Source: an uncultured Acidobacteriota bacterium
GTDB taxonomy: Bacteria; Acidobacteriota; Vicinamibacteria; Vicinamibacterales; UBA2999
Length of the DNA stretch: 64,000 bases
Direction of reading: 5' to 3'
Assembly: GCA_963734095.1 (NCBI GenBank)
Contig: CAVTGK010000040.1
Span: 162,492 to 226,491, forward strand
Part shown: piece by piece, positions 1-10,820 of the stretch
How the letters are laid out: the number at the start of each line of letters is the position of its first letter
Numbering within the stretch: the stretch's first letter is position 1
Position numbers and translations under genes: made by a program
The notes under the pieces: model-generated
What the model was told of the DNA's origin: nothing
Databases searched by the model: none
The model's input: the letters and a program-made list of their open reading frames with translations, nothing else

Positions 1-70
1 GGAAGTGCCCGACGGTCATGGCACCGCAGAATAACAGGAGCCGCGAGACGAAGGCGCCGTACAAAACGAA

Positions 71-94
71 GGGGACCCAACGGTCCCCTTTTTT
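71..94 (+). terminator. Rho-independent terminator (GGGGACC / CAAC loop / GGTCCCC / T6)
   Basis: Read directly from the sequence. A possible + strand frame stops at 32-34 just upstream but is too short to call as a CDS. Confidence 0.6.
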
Positions 95-370
95 ACGAAT
101 CCGGCTTGGGATCCTCCATCCCGCACCGGCCACGAGCGCGGCCTAGTCAGCCTAGCTCGAACTCAAATCCAGCACCAAAGAGTGCTCCTGTGGGGTTTCC
201 CCCGCATGAGAGCAAGCGTTGTGCCCGACCAAATCGTCACTGGATGTGTTGGTGTAAGCCTATATATATCAACAATTTGTAAGCACAGCTGGGACGGCTC
301 GCGAAGATTGCTTTCGGATTTGATCCATTGTTTCGAAGCCGACGGTTTCAATCCGTTGGATTGGTAGACA

Positions 371-410
371 CTAGGGCAGAGGGCATAGGGCGCAGGGCGC
401 AGGGAGAGGA
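371..410. repeat. GGGCRNA word array (single arm) downstream of kynU
   Basis: ctagggcagagggcatagggcgcagggcgcagggagagg. Same word family as 20727, 31296, 33801, 37884 and 63201. No complementary arm nearby. Confidence 0.6.
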
Positions 411-415
411 GCGAG

Positions 416-1647
416 CTAGCGAAACACAGACGCGAGGATGCCGCCGCCTTCGAGCAATTGCTGATCAGAAATGTAGGGCGCGGGACCGAGGCGCAGGATG
501 TCGCCCCTCGAGTCGGCATACAAGCCACGCGCGCGAAGACGCAGCACGAGGGCGCTGGCTTGCGGTGCGCGGATGGCGAGGAATCCTGCGCGGCGATCCG
601 ATTGAACCGGAATGAGCGCAGCGACCGCGGGATTGACGTCGAGCGCTTCGAAGCGCTTGATGAGCATCGCGACCTGGTGCTGGTTGACCGCGCGGAGTCG
701 CTCAGGCGTCATCCCCATGCGCTGATGAAACGCGAAGACGGCCGCCGCCCGATAGTGTGACGTCGGATCGTACGTCGCTCCGGCAAAGCGGGCCGCGCCC
801 TTGCCATAGCGAACCTCCCCCGCGTGTGCGGTATCGGCCAGTTCGGCGAACTCGCTGAACCAGCCGGTCAGGACCGGGCGCAGCTCCAATCCTGGAGGCA
901 CACGAAGAAAGCAGTTGCCCTCGCCGAGCTGACAGTACTTGTAGCCGCCGCCAACCACGAACGCCTCGGACAACCCCATCGCTTCGAGGTTGAAGGGGAC
1001 GACGTTCAAGTGATGGTAGGCGTCAACCAGCAGCACCGCGCCATGATGGGTGCAAGCATCGGCCACGAGCTTGAGGTCAGGGACGATCTCGGCTGACTCG
1101 AAGAGAACCGACGAGACCATGACGCAGGCCGTCGACGCGTCCACGGTCGCCGCCAGCCGTTCCGAGAGCGTTTCCGCCGGTTGCGCGGCAACCTTGATGA
1201 CGGGGACGCCTTCTTCCGCCAGGCGATCGAGCTGCCGGCGAATCGTGTGAAACTCGCCGTCGGTCGTGATCAGGCGGGTGAGTCGGGTGGGGCTCGTAGG
1301 GTGGCGGTCGCCGGTGGGCTGGGATAGCAAGTCGCAGTCCCGAACATCGGCAGAACGGCCGACAGCAATCGAACGACGAGTTCGTGCGTGTTCGCGCCCA
1401 ACGCGATGTCGCCGGACGGATCGTTCAGCAGCCGGCGCCATCCCGTACGGACCTCGTTGGCAACCGTCGCGGCCCGTTCCCACTTCTCGTCGACGAGCGC
1501 CGCCGCATCCAGCCATGCCTTCTGTTGCGCATCAAAGGCTACGTCGGGCCAGGCCTGATGCGAATGGCCGGTGAGGAGCAGTCGATTGGCGACGCGAAAC
1601 CGGGAATAGTGGCTCGCCAGGCCTACAGATGCGAACGGATTTCCCAT
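416..1647 (-). pseudogene. kynU: Kynureninase (class V aminotransferase fold), one frame disruption near 1290-1340
   Basis: N-terminal part is ORF 1270..1647 (..HSHQAWPD..GANTHELVVRLLS..). The rest is ORF 416..1516 (..LITTDGEFHT..GGGYKYCQLGEG..). The span is 1232 nt, not a multiple of 3. It overlaps kynA by 25 nt. Confidence 0.8.
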
Positions 1648-2411
1648 AAGTCCGGAAAGAGCGGTGAGCCGACCGTCGTACGCAGATAGGCGGCGCCGGA
1701 TGACCCGCCGGTTCCAAGCTTGACGCCAATCGTGCGCTCAACCATTTTCACGTGGCGATAGCGCCACTCTTGAACACCCTCGTCCAGATCAACCAGCCGC
1801 TCGCAGATCTCCGAGTTCTTCGGGTCGTTGCGATAGACCCGAATCAGGATCTGCTGCAGTTCTGCCGATGGCTCGATCTCCTGGGTCACGTCACGGGTCA
1901 GCAACCCGGCCGGCACCGGGTACTGCTCACGCGAGAGATAGGCGAGAAACGCATCCCACAACGTCGACTCGCGAAATCGTCGTTCAAGTGCCGCGCGCGC
2001 TCGGCTGCCGGCCGGAAAGCGCGCAATCGCTTGCGGCGCCTTGCGGCCAAGCGCAAACTCGAGCTGACGAAACTGGTCCGATTGAAACCCGCTGGCCGCC
2101 TCGAGCCGCTCGCGAAACGACAGAAACTCGAGCGGCGTCATGGTTTCGAGGATATCGAGCTGCGCGACCAGCACCTTGAGGATGGTCAGGACGCGTTTGA
2201 GCGTATGTTGCGCCCGATGAGAATCCCCCGCTTCGAGAAGATGATTGACACGATCGATCTCGTGGAGAATCTCCTTGAACCACAGCTCGTACACCTGGTG
2301 AATGACGATGAAGAGCAGCTCGTCGTGTTCGGGTCCGTCGGAGCGGGGCTGCTGGAGCTCGAGCAACTCGTCGACGTGGAGATAGCTGCTGTAGGTGACC
2401 GCCGGATCCAT
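1623..2411 (-). CDS. kynA: Tryptophan 2,3-dioxygenase
   Basis: 262 aa. YSSYLHVDELLELQQP..HDELLFIVIHQVYELWFK.. is the typical bacterial TDO N-terminus. Adjacent to kynureninase. Confidence 0.9.
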   Translation of the reverse strand: MDPAVTYSSYLHVDELLELQQPRSDGPEHDELLFIVIHQVYELWFKEILHEIDRVNHLLEAGDSHRAQHTLKRVLTILKVLVAQLDILETMTPLEFLSFRERLEAASGFQSDQFRQLEFALGRKAPQAIARFPAGSRARAALERRFRESTLWDAFLAYLSREQYPVPAGLLTRDVTQEIEPSAELQQILIRVYRNDPKNSEICERLVDLDEGVQEWRYRHVKMVERTIGVKLGTGGSSGAAYLRTTVGSPLFPDLWEIRSHL

Positions 2412-2514
2412 TGCTTCAGATTACAGTATGGACTGTGTTCAGCAGTGGGACTGTTCACAGCAGTCGGACTCGGCGCTTCGCGCCTCGTAGGGGCCTCGCC
2501 GTTCGGCTCGGCTG

Positions 2515-3762
2515 ATGCGCGAAGGACTGATGCAACAAACGGATTCGAAACAGTCCGAGAAAGACTACCTGCGTCGCTCCGCCGGCGGTGAATGGGAGGC
2601 GCTCAAGCCGTTCCCGCCGCCGGGCCAGCTCGCCAGCGAGGCGCACGCCCAGTACCTGCTCGACTTTGCCGTGATGTTGCGCGTTCTGACGCCGACGGCC
2701 TCGGATCTCGTGCTCGATCTGGGTGCGGGTTCGTGCTGGGTGTCCGATTGGTTGCGGCGCTGCGGCGTCCGGACGGTTGCCCTCGATATTTCCTGGGACA
2801 TGCTGCGGTTGGGCGCTTCGCGCCTCGACGGTGCACGCGGCCTGGTCACCGGCGACATGGAAGACCTGCCGTTCGCCGACCGCACGTTCTCAAAGGCGTG
2901 CTGTCTGAATGCCTTCCACCACATTCCCGACACAGCGCGCGCACTACGCGAGATCAAACGAGTCCTGACGCCCGACGGCGTGGTGCTGTTCTCGGAGCCT
3001 GGAGTCGGCCATGCCAACCACCCGACGTCTCTGGCGGCAACCCGCAACTACGGGGTGCTCGAAAACGAGATCCTGATCGACGAGTTCATGGATGCTTGCC
3101 TGGCCGCTGGCTTCGTCGATGTGCGACTCCATCCCATCGCACACATCATTCCGCTGTTCGAGATGCAGCAGCAACAGTGGCGGGATTGGCGCCGCTTCAC
3201 GGCGAGCCAGCGTCCGTTCCGGGCGCTCGACAAGATGTGGCGAGCGGCGCTGGAAGTGGTCGGGCTCGGCAAGAAGCAGCTGCTCTTCGAAGAAGCATTC
3301 GCCATTCGGCTGCTGCGCGAGATGCAGCCAGTCATCGAGCAGCATCCGGTGGTGACGGCGCACAGGACGTCTTTCGTCAAGCCCACCCTCCGCGCCGACG
3401 GCGCGCGGATAGAACTGCTGGACCCGCCATCGTCTGTCGCGGCAGGCCGTGAGGTCGTGCTGCGCGTCCGCCTGGCCAACGTCGGCAACACGCGGTGGGA
3501 GACGTCACCAGGGGGAGGACAGGTGCGACTGGGCGTGCAACTGCTGACGCCCGACGGCACGGTGGTCACTCGCGACTACTCACGCCACGACTTGCCGGCG
3601 CCAATCGATCCTGGCGGCCGCTGTGAGCTGAGGCTGCAGATTGCGCCGCCACCCGACATGGCAGGGTATCAGCTGAAGATCGATCTCGTGCGGGAAGGTG
3701 TGTCGTGGTTCGAGCTGGCGGGGTCGGAACCGGCGGTGTATCAGGTGCGACAGGTGCGATAG
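2515..3762 (+). CDS. Class I SAM-dependent methyltransferase with C-terminal Ig-like/NBR1-like domain
   Basis: VLDLGAGSCW (motif I) and DLPFADRTFSKACCLNAFHH (Methyltransf_11-like). The last codons (YQVRQVR*) are encoded by the first GGTGCGA words of the downstream repeat. Confidence 0.8.
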   Translation: MREGLMQQTDSKQSEKDYLRRSAGGEWEALKPFPPPGQLASEAHAQYLLDFAVMLRVLTPTASDLVLDLGAGSCWVSDWLRRCGVRTVALDISWDMLRLGASRLDGARGLVTGDMEDLPFADRTFSKACCLNAFHHIPDTARALREIKRVLTPDGVVLFSEPGVGHANHPTSLAATRNYGVLENEILIDEFMDACLAAGFVDVRLHPIAHIIPLFEMQQQQWRDWRRFTASQRPFRALDKMWRAALEVVGLGKKQLLFEEAFAIRLLREMQPVIEQHPVVTAHRTSFVKPTLRADGARIELLDPPSSVAAGREVVLRVRLANVGNTRWETSPGGGQVRLGVQLLTPDGTVVTRDYSRHDLPAPIDPGGRCELRLQIAPPPDMAGYQLKIDLVREGVSWFELAGSEPAVYQVRQVR

Positions 3763-3825
3763 GTGCTGGGGTGCGACGGGTGCGGTGCGGTGCACGGGTG
3801 CACGGGTGCACAGGTGCGGGTGCAC
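3742..3825. repeat. Degenerate tandem GGTGCR / GGGTGCAC words
   Basis: caggtgcgacaggtgcgataggtgctggggtgcgacgggtgcggtgcggtgcacgggtgcacgggtgcacaggtgcgggtgcac. Confidence 0.7.
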
Positions 3826-3830
3826 CGTGC

Positions 3831-3902
3831 AATCACTCAATCACCCAATGCAATCACCCAATCACCCAATCACCCAATCACCCAATCACCCAATCACCCA
3901 AT
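3831..3902. repeat. Tandem 8-bp repeat AATCACCC (6 perfect copies at 3852-3899 plus degenerate copies)
   Basis: Read directly. Only partly complementary (GGGTG core) to the 3742-3825 array. The + strand ORFs 3698..3987 (HPITQSPN...) are just translations of this repeat. Confidence 0.9.
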
Positions 3903-3940
3903 AAAAAAGACGGGAGGGGCCGGCGCAGCCCACTCCCGCC
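3903..3940 (-). terminator. Rho-independent terminator of TonB-dependent receptor copy 1
   Basis: The minus strand reads ggcgggagtgggctgcgccggcccctcccgtctttttt. A small hairpin GACTCC-N5-GGAGTC (3945-3962) lies just upstream. Confidence 0.75.
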
Positions 3941-3976
3941 AACAGACTCCCCCACAGGAGTCCAGCTTGCGCGAAC

Positions 3977-6906
3977 CTAGAAAATAAACCGGAAGCCGAC
4001 GCGCGCGGTAAACGGCGCCAGAATCAACGTCGGCTTCAGGTAGCTCAAACCCGTCGCGCGGCCGATCGTTTCGGACGCGTGGCTGTTGGTGATGTTGAAG
4101 AGATCCAGGTACGCACGGATGCGAGTCCGACTGTTCAGCGTGATTGTCTTCTCCGTGCGCACGTCGAATACCCAGATGTTGTCTTCTCGATTGGCGTCAG
4201 CCGGCTCGGCATAGGCGGTCTGGCGATCGCCCGTGCCGCTGGTCGCAATCAGGTCGGGGCGCGAAACGGGATTGGCGGCGGCCGTCGTCGAAATGACCAC
4301 CGTGCGGGCAAAGTTGACACCCGACTGATGGCGCAGGACAGGAGAGAGCCGGATTCCCCACGGGGCCTCGTAGCTGCCTATTGCCTTGAGCCCCCACGTC
4401 GAGCGGTCCTGCACGCCAGGCATGTTCGGGTTGTTTGGGAACAGATCGTTCGGGAAGTTGGTGAGCATCGTGTAGCCGCCACCAACTTGCGCCGACCACT
4501 TGTTGGCGAAGCGCTTCGTGGTCGAGACCTCGATGGTCTTGTAGCGGCCATACCGCGGCACGTTCATGACAACCTGGTCGGCCGGGAAGAGGGTGTTGGC
4601 ATTTGCCGCCGGCAAACCCAACATCCTGATGATTTTATCGTCGGCGGTCCCAGCCCTGCCGTCGACACCAATATCGGTGAAGTCGAACGGCACCGTGAAC
4701 ACTTCCGGCCCGCGACCTGGCTGAAAGGTGTCGATCAGGTCGTCTTCGGTCTTGTAGACGAACCCGGCTCTCGCGCCCATAGAGTCATTCAGCTGGCGCT
4801 CGAACCAGACCGCTGCTTCGTGCGAGTACGGCGCCTTGATGTTCGGATCGACACGGATCGCGCCTTCGAGCGCGGCCGTGACAAACGTGGTCTCTTCGCC
4901 TGGCTGCCAGCGCTTGTCGCCCGCGATGCACCCGGCGCACGCTAGTTGGTCATTCCAGTTCCACGTGGAGGACTTACTGGCGATATTCGCGTTGCCGCTG
5001 GCTGGCACGCTGACGCCCGGGTTGTGCCAGTAGAGGCCGTAGTTGGCCTTCACGACCGTCCTCCCGTCGCCGCTCAGATCGTAGATGAAACCCACGCGCG
5101 GCGCGACCTGGTTCCACGTGAAGAGGTCCGTCTGCGGGAAGGTCTTGGCGTCCACCGATGCGCGGCCAACGGTCGCGCCGAGCTGCTGCTGCTCCGGCAA
5201 CCAGCCCTTGTAGTAGTCATAGCGGACGCCGCCATTGATCGTGACACGCCCGACCTGCCACGTGTCGTTGATGAAGAAGCCGATCTGATCGAGCGCCGCG
5301 CGGGACGTGAGGGCGCCGTTGTCGTTGTCCTTCAGGCTGCCGACGCTCGTTGCCGTGGGCAGACCGAAGATCACCTGCGTCGAGTTGCCGTTGTTGTAGA
5401 CCTGTTCGATATTGCTTGTGCCGCCGCGGCGCGAGAGGAAGCCTTCCCACGACTGCTCCTTCAGCAGCTCGCCGCCCATCTTGAACGTGTGGCTGCCCTT
5501 GGCGGTATCGAGAAAGTAGGTCGCGGCGCCCGTCCACTGCTTGCGGTCGCGATCGAGCTGCTGGCGCCTGATGCGCACCTTCAGAGATCAGCTGGCCCGT
5601 GTCGTGCCAGAAGAAGTTGTCAGGGCTGTTGGTGATGAGCGGGAAGTAGTACCCGAAGTCACCGTAGCGTGCTTCGAGATAAAGCTTGTCGGTGAGCGTC
5701 CCGTTCCATTCGGCCTTGTAGACCCAGCTGCCCGAGTCCTGCGCGAACGTCTGCTCGGGAGACAGGTAGCTGTAGGTCGCGAACGGCAGCCGATTCGGCT
5801 GTTCCTTCTGACCCCACTGGTAGTAGCCGATGATCTTGTGGTTCTGGTTCAGCTGATAGGTCCCCTTCACGACCGGGTTCCACAGCTTGGTGTCGAACGT
5901 CTTATCGAATTGGAAGTTCGGCTGCGCGACTGCATTGAATTGCTGCCGGAAAGTGCCGAAGTACCAGAGCTTGTCCCGCTTGATCGGTCCGCCGGCGTTG
6001 ATGTCGTGGTCGTAATAGCGCTCGATCTCGTTGCTGTGCGCCCGGATGGCATTGCTGCCATTGGTGCCGTTGAAGGCGGTCGGCGACGTGTAGTCGCTCG
6101 GGCAAGTTCGAGCCCTGCAGGGAGCTGTTGTACCAGTCGAGATGGTACTCGCCGAAGAACTGATTGGCGCCCGAGCGCGCGATGAACTGCGACTGCACGC
6201 CGGGGTTCGGCATCTCGGCCGACTGGCCCGATGTGCCGATAAACGCCTCCTCGAGCGACGCGTAATCGAAATAGAAACCGGCACCGCCTGTGCCTTCTGT
6301 CGTGTTGATACCTTCGATGAGCACACGTACCTGGCCGTTGAAGCCATAGGCGGTATAGCCGCTTTGCGTGCCGGCTCGGTTGCCGCCCACATCGACGCGA
6401 GCCATTGCCACCGATGGCGTGATCGCCAACAGGGCCCACATGTCGCGAGCGTTGGGAATCGACTGCAGTTGTTCGAGCTTGAAGTTCTGCTGAATACGAG
6501 TCGCGGACGTGTCGATGACGGGGGATTCACCCGTGACCGTGACCGTCTCTTGAAGTGTGGCGAGCACGAGCTCGATGTTGATGGTGGCCGTGAAGCCGAG
6601 TGTTATCAGAATGCCTTCCCGCTTCACACCGCTGAACCCGGCCAAGTCGTACGTCACGGTATAGGTGCCGGGCGGCACTGCCGGGAATCGATAGTTGCCG
6701 GTCTCGGAGCTGACCGTCGTCTGCGCTCCGAGCATCGACGGGCTGGTCGCAGTCACGGTCACGCCAGGGAGCACCGCGCCCTGCGCATCGGTGACGCGAC
6801 CTTGAATCGTGCCGGTGCTACTGGCACCACCGCCCTGCGCATAGGCAGGCGCGGCGACCGCGAGAGTCAGCGCGGCGATCAGCAATCCGCCAAGACAACG
6901 CTTCAT
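3977..6906 (-). pseudogene. TonB-dependent receptor with N-terminal CarboxypepD_reg domain, copy 1; two frame disruptions (about 6100 and about 5580)
   Basis: Three ORF pieces join colinearly into one receptor: 5902..6906 (signal peptide, GTIQGRVTDAQGAVLPGVTVTA), 5217..6530 and 3977..5578 (ends ..ARVGFRFIF*). The span is 2930 nt, not a multiple of 3. Confidence 0.85.
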
Positions 6907-7127
6907 TCGTCATCCTCCATGTCCTGTGGGGACGACCCGGGGGGGCCTTGTCCCAGACATACCGCCTCGTGCAACACAAACGAACGAGCCCGTTCGCGGA
7001 GTGAAACGAACGTCGAACGGACCAAGCGACGACGACTAACGCAGAGCGGGGACCGATGGCAGTCAGTCATACCGCCAGCAACGGTCACAGCCCAGTTCCG
7101 AGGGTGAAATTACCTGGATCGCGGCTG

Positions 7128-7157
7128 AATCTACAGGAAAGAGGGACGGGGACGCAA
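7128..7157 (-). promoter_or_regulatory. Putative sigma70-type promoter TTGCGT-N18-TAGATT for receptor copy 1
   Basis: Hexamers and spacing are conserved at the equivalent position upstream of copy 2 (10581-10610). It lies about 215 nt upstream of the start codon. Confidence 0.4.
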
Positions 7158-7284
7158 CAACGAAACAAGCCCGCATTCTGAACGGTTATTCAAGGGCGCC
7201 TGGCTCGCGTCGTTCAATCGTGGATCCCCCGGCAGAATGGGCACGTCGAATTGCGAAAGCGACCAGCCGTGTGCAATTGAAGGC

Positions 7285-7322
7285 AAAAAAAGGCGGGACG
7301 CGCAGGCGCAGCGCGTTCCGCC
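7285..7322 (-). terminator. Rho-independent terminator of TonB-dependent receptor copy 2
   Basis: The minus strand reads ggcggaacgcgctgcgcctgcgcgtcccgccttttttt. Paralogous to 3903-3940. Confidence 0.75.
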
Positions 7323-7356
7323 AACTGACTCCCCCACAGGAGCCAACTCGTCGTTA

Positions 7357-7436
7357 GGGCGGGTGAGTCCGGTAAGGCGAGTGGGGGCTGGTTACTTCAC
7401 CACCCGCCCAACCCGACCGACCAGCCCGACCCGACC
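7357..7436. repeat. Word hairpin (GGGCGGGTG / GGTCGGGT family)
   Basis: gggcgggtgag...ttcaccacccgcccaacccgaccgaccagcccgacccgacc. Word family shared with 27614-27776. Confidence 0.6.
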
Positions 7437-7445
7437 GTGTAGGCG

Positions 7446-10351
7446 CTACCAGAGGAACCGGAACCCGAGCCTGGTGGTGAACGGTGCCAGGATGTTCGCG
7501 GGCCGCAGGAACGTCGTCCCGTCGTGTCGCGTGATCGTCTCCGACGCGTGACTGTTGGTGATGTTGAAGAAGTCGATGAACCCGCGAATCGCGCATGCGG
7601 CTCGTCAAGTTCAGCGTCTTCTCAGCGCGAACGTCGAAGACCCAGATGTTGTCCTCCGGCGGGCGCTGGCGCCTCGGCGTAGTACGTCGTTGCTGGAAGC
7701 GTCAGAGCCAAATGGCGTCGGCCGCGTTGCCCGGCACCGCTGATCTGACGCGCGAACTGGACGCCCGATTGATGACGCAGGAACGGGCGATAATCTAATG
7801 CCCCACGGGCCATGTCGTAGGTGCCGGTTGCCTTGAAGCCCCAACCGGTCGCGGTCATAGACGCCGGCCTGATTCGGGTTCTGCGGGTATCCTTCTGGGG
7901 GAAGTGCGTGGTCCACGTATAACCGAAGCCGATCTGACCGGACCAGCGGTTCCCGTAGCGCTTGGTCACCGACGCCTCGACGGTCTTGAAGCGTCCGTAC
8001 GCGTCATCCGGAGGTTCATCACGACCGAGTTGGTGGCGGGAACGAGTGCCGGCCTGCGCGATGTTGGGCATGCCGAGCAACGTCACCGTGCTGGTCGTCG
8101 CCCGTGCCTGTACGATGCCATCGGCACCGACATCGGTGAAGGGGAACGGCACGGAGTACGCGCTCAGCGGGCGACCGGGCTGATACGTGACACGGTGCGA
8201 CGAGAGCAGGTCGTCTTCGGTCTTGTAGATGAAGCCCAGTTCGCACCCGATCGGTGCCGCAATCTGGCGCTCGAGGAACAGACTCGACCTCGTGCGAGTA
8301 ACGGCTGCGTTGATATTGGGATCGAGGCTGACAGCGACCCCTCAAGACGAGGCGACGTCGGCGTGCGCGCCTTCCTCACCAGGTTGCCACTGCCTGTCGC
8401 CGTTGGCGTCGTTCCAGGAGTAGGTACCGCCTTGCCGTGCGTGTTCGAATTGGCGTAGGCTGGAGACGGCGACGCCAGGGTTGTGCCAGAAGAAGCCGTA
8501 GTTCGCCTTTGATCACGGTCTTGCCATCGCCGGTGAGATCGTAGACGACACCGAGGCGCGGGGCGAAGACGTTCCACGTGAAGAAGCTTTGTCTCAGCGA
8601 AAGTATCCGCGGGCACGAGACACCGGCCCGACCGTAGCCGCCGAGCTGTTCCTGCTCTGGCAGCCAGCCGTGGTAGCGATCGTAGCGAACGCCGCCGCTC
8701 ATGCGTGAACCGACCGACAGCCCACGTGTCGTTGACGAACAAGTCCATCGTGGTTGAGCGCTGCGCGTGAGGTCAGATTGCCCTCGTCGTTGTCTTTCAT
8801 GCCGCCCACGTTGCTTCGCTGTCGGGAGACCAAACACCACCGTGCTTGGCGAAGCCGTTCGCGTATTGGTGCTCGATGTTGCCGCCGAAGCGCTGCGTGA
8901 GAAGCCTTCCCACGACTGCTCACGTGAGCATTTCGCCCCGAACTTGAGCGTGTGGCTCCCCTTCGTCGGTGTCGAGGAACATCGTGGCGGCGCTGGTCAA
9001 CTGCTTGCGGTCGCGGTCGAGTTGCCATCGGCTGCTGCGCCCCGGTGAGGATCTGTAGGTCCGGTATCGCGCAGAACCAATACTGCGTGTCGGTATTGCG
9101 ATCAGCGGGAAGTAGTAGCCAAAATCGCCGTAGCGCGCCTCGAGATAGAGCTTGTCGCTGAGCGTGCCGTTCCACTCGGCCTTGTACACCCAACTACTCG
9201 ACTTCTGAGCGAGAGTCGGCCCAGCGTCAGGTAGCTGTACGTGGCAAAGGGCAGCCGGTTGGGTTGCTCCTTCGTGCCCCCATTGGTAGTAACCAATGAT
9301 CTTGTGGTTCTGGTTCAACTGGTAAGTGCCCTTGACGACGGGATTCCAGAGCTTGGTGTCGAACGTCTGTTCGAAATCGAACTGCGGCTGCGCCACGGCA
9401 TTGAACTGCGTGCCGGATAGGTTCCGAACCACCACAGCTTGTCGGCCTTGATCGGACCACCGGCGTTGATCGCCGTGTCGTAGTAGCGATCGATCTCATT
9501 GCTGGCCCTTACGGTATGCGCCCGTCGTTGATGCACATCGTCGCGGAATGTTCGAAGCCTGCAGGGCGTTGTTGTACCAGTCAAGGTAGTACTCGCCGTT
9601 GAACTGATTACCGCCTGACTTGGTGATGAACTGGCTCTGCACACCAGGATTCGGCATCTCGGCCGACTGGCCGAGCGTGCCGAGAAACACTTCTTCGACC
9701 GAGGAGTAGTCGAAATAGAAGCCGGCGGCGCCGGTGCCTTCAGTCGTGTTGATGCCTTCGATGAGCACACGCACCTGGCCGGTAAAGCCATACGCCGTGT
9801 AGGGGGTCTGCGTCCCAGCGCGGTTGCCGCCGACATCGATACGCCTCATCGCCACGCCGGGGGACACCGCGAGGAGCGACCACATGTCGCGGCCGTTCGG
9901 GATCGACTGCAGCTGGTCGAGCTTGAAGTTTGCTGAACGACGCGGTCGCCGATGTGTCGATGACTGGCGATTCGCCGGTCACCGTGACGGTTTCCTGCAA
10001 CGTCGCGAGCGCGAGCTCGACGTTGATGTTCGCGGTGAAGCCGAGAGAAATGATGATGCCCTCACGCCTCACCGCGTTGAATCCGGTCAGCTCATACGTG
10101 AGCGTGTAGGTGCCGGGAGGGACTGCCGGGAACCGGTAGTTTCCGGTCTCGGAAGTGACCGTGGTCTGCGCGCCGAGCATCGCCGGACTCGTCGCGGTGA
10201 TGGTCACGCCGGGCAGCACCGCGCCCTGCGCATCGATGACCCGACCCTGAATCGTGCCGGTGCTGCTGGCACCACCGCCCTGCGCGTACGCAGGCGCGGC
10301 TATCGCGAGACTGAGCACGGCGATCAGCAAACTGCCTAAGCAACGCTTCAT
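7446..10351 (-). pseudogene. TonB-dependent receptor, copy 2 (tandem paralog); at least 8 frame disruptions
   Basis: N-terminus (9740..10351) is about 85% identical to copy 1. The remaining homology is scattered over ORFs 9496..9885, 9315..9836, 8920..9435, 9102..9296, 8699..9193, 8376..8840, 8164..8748 and 7622..8152. The C-terminal ..RLGFRFLW* stop is at 7446. Confidence 0.85.
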
Positions 10352-10580
10352 GCCTCAACCTCCATGTCCTGTGGGGACGACCCGGGGGGTCCAATCCCAG
10401 AACAACCGCCACATGCAACACAAAACGAGAGTCGTTCGGAGCAGCAGGCAAAGCGACATGCGCCGAACGGGAGCGCCGCCGACGACGAAGAACGCACGAG
10501 CGGGGACGACGACAGTCAGTCATACCGTCGGCAACGGTCACAACCCACTTCCGAGGGTGAACTTGCCTGAATCGGTGGCG

Positions 10581-10610
10581 AATCTACAGGAAACAGGGAC
10601 GGAGACGCAA
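10581..10610 (-). promoter_or_regulatory. Putative promoter TTGCGT-N18-TAGATT for receptor copy 2
   Basis: Same hexamers and spacing as 7128-7157. Confidence 0.4.
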
Positions 10611-10699
10611 CAACGGAACGGGACGTAATTTAACCGAACGTTCAAACTGGCGAAAAGGTCGGGAACGGCCACGGCCGAGGGTTTTACGGCCCACGGTCC

Positions 10700-10806
10700 T
10701 CGGCCGGTGGCCGGCGGCCGGGTAGTTTCCAGTTGCCAGTTACCAGTTCAAAGGGACTGGCCAACTGACAACTGACCGGAGGCCGGAGCCCTGCTGCCGG
10801 CCACCG
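10700..10806. repeat. Word hairpin (CCAGTT / AACTGG words, outer GGCCGG stem) downstream of eamA
   Basis: cggccggtggccggcggccgggtagtttccagttgccagttaccagttc-aaaggg-actggccaactgacaactgaccgg...gccggccaccg. Confidence 0.8.
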
Positions 10807-10820
10807 ACTCGTCCCTGTGT

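Noticed and set aside
325-368. tRNA-like T-arm (gacgg-tttcaat-ccgtt followed by ggattgg)
   Set aside because: The loop is TTTCAAT, with no C at the position of conserved C56. No complementary 5' acceptor strand (ccaatcc) lies about 65-70 nt upstream, and there are no D or anticodon arms.
3831-3902. Possible CRISPR array (regular short repeats here and at other word arrays)
   Set aside because: The units are 6-14 nt and directly adjacent, with no 25-40-nt unique spacers. No cas genes are present. The arrays are paired with reverse-complement arrays, which CRISPR repeats are not.
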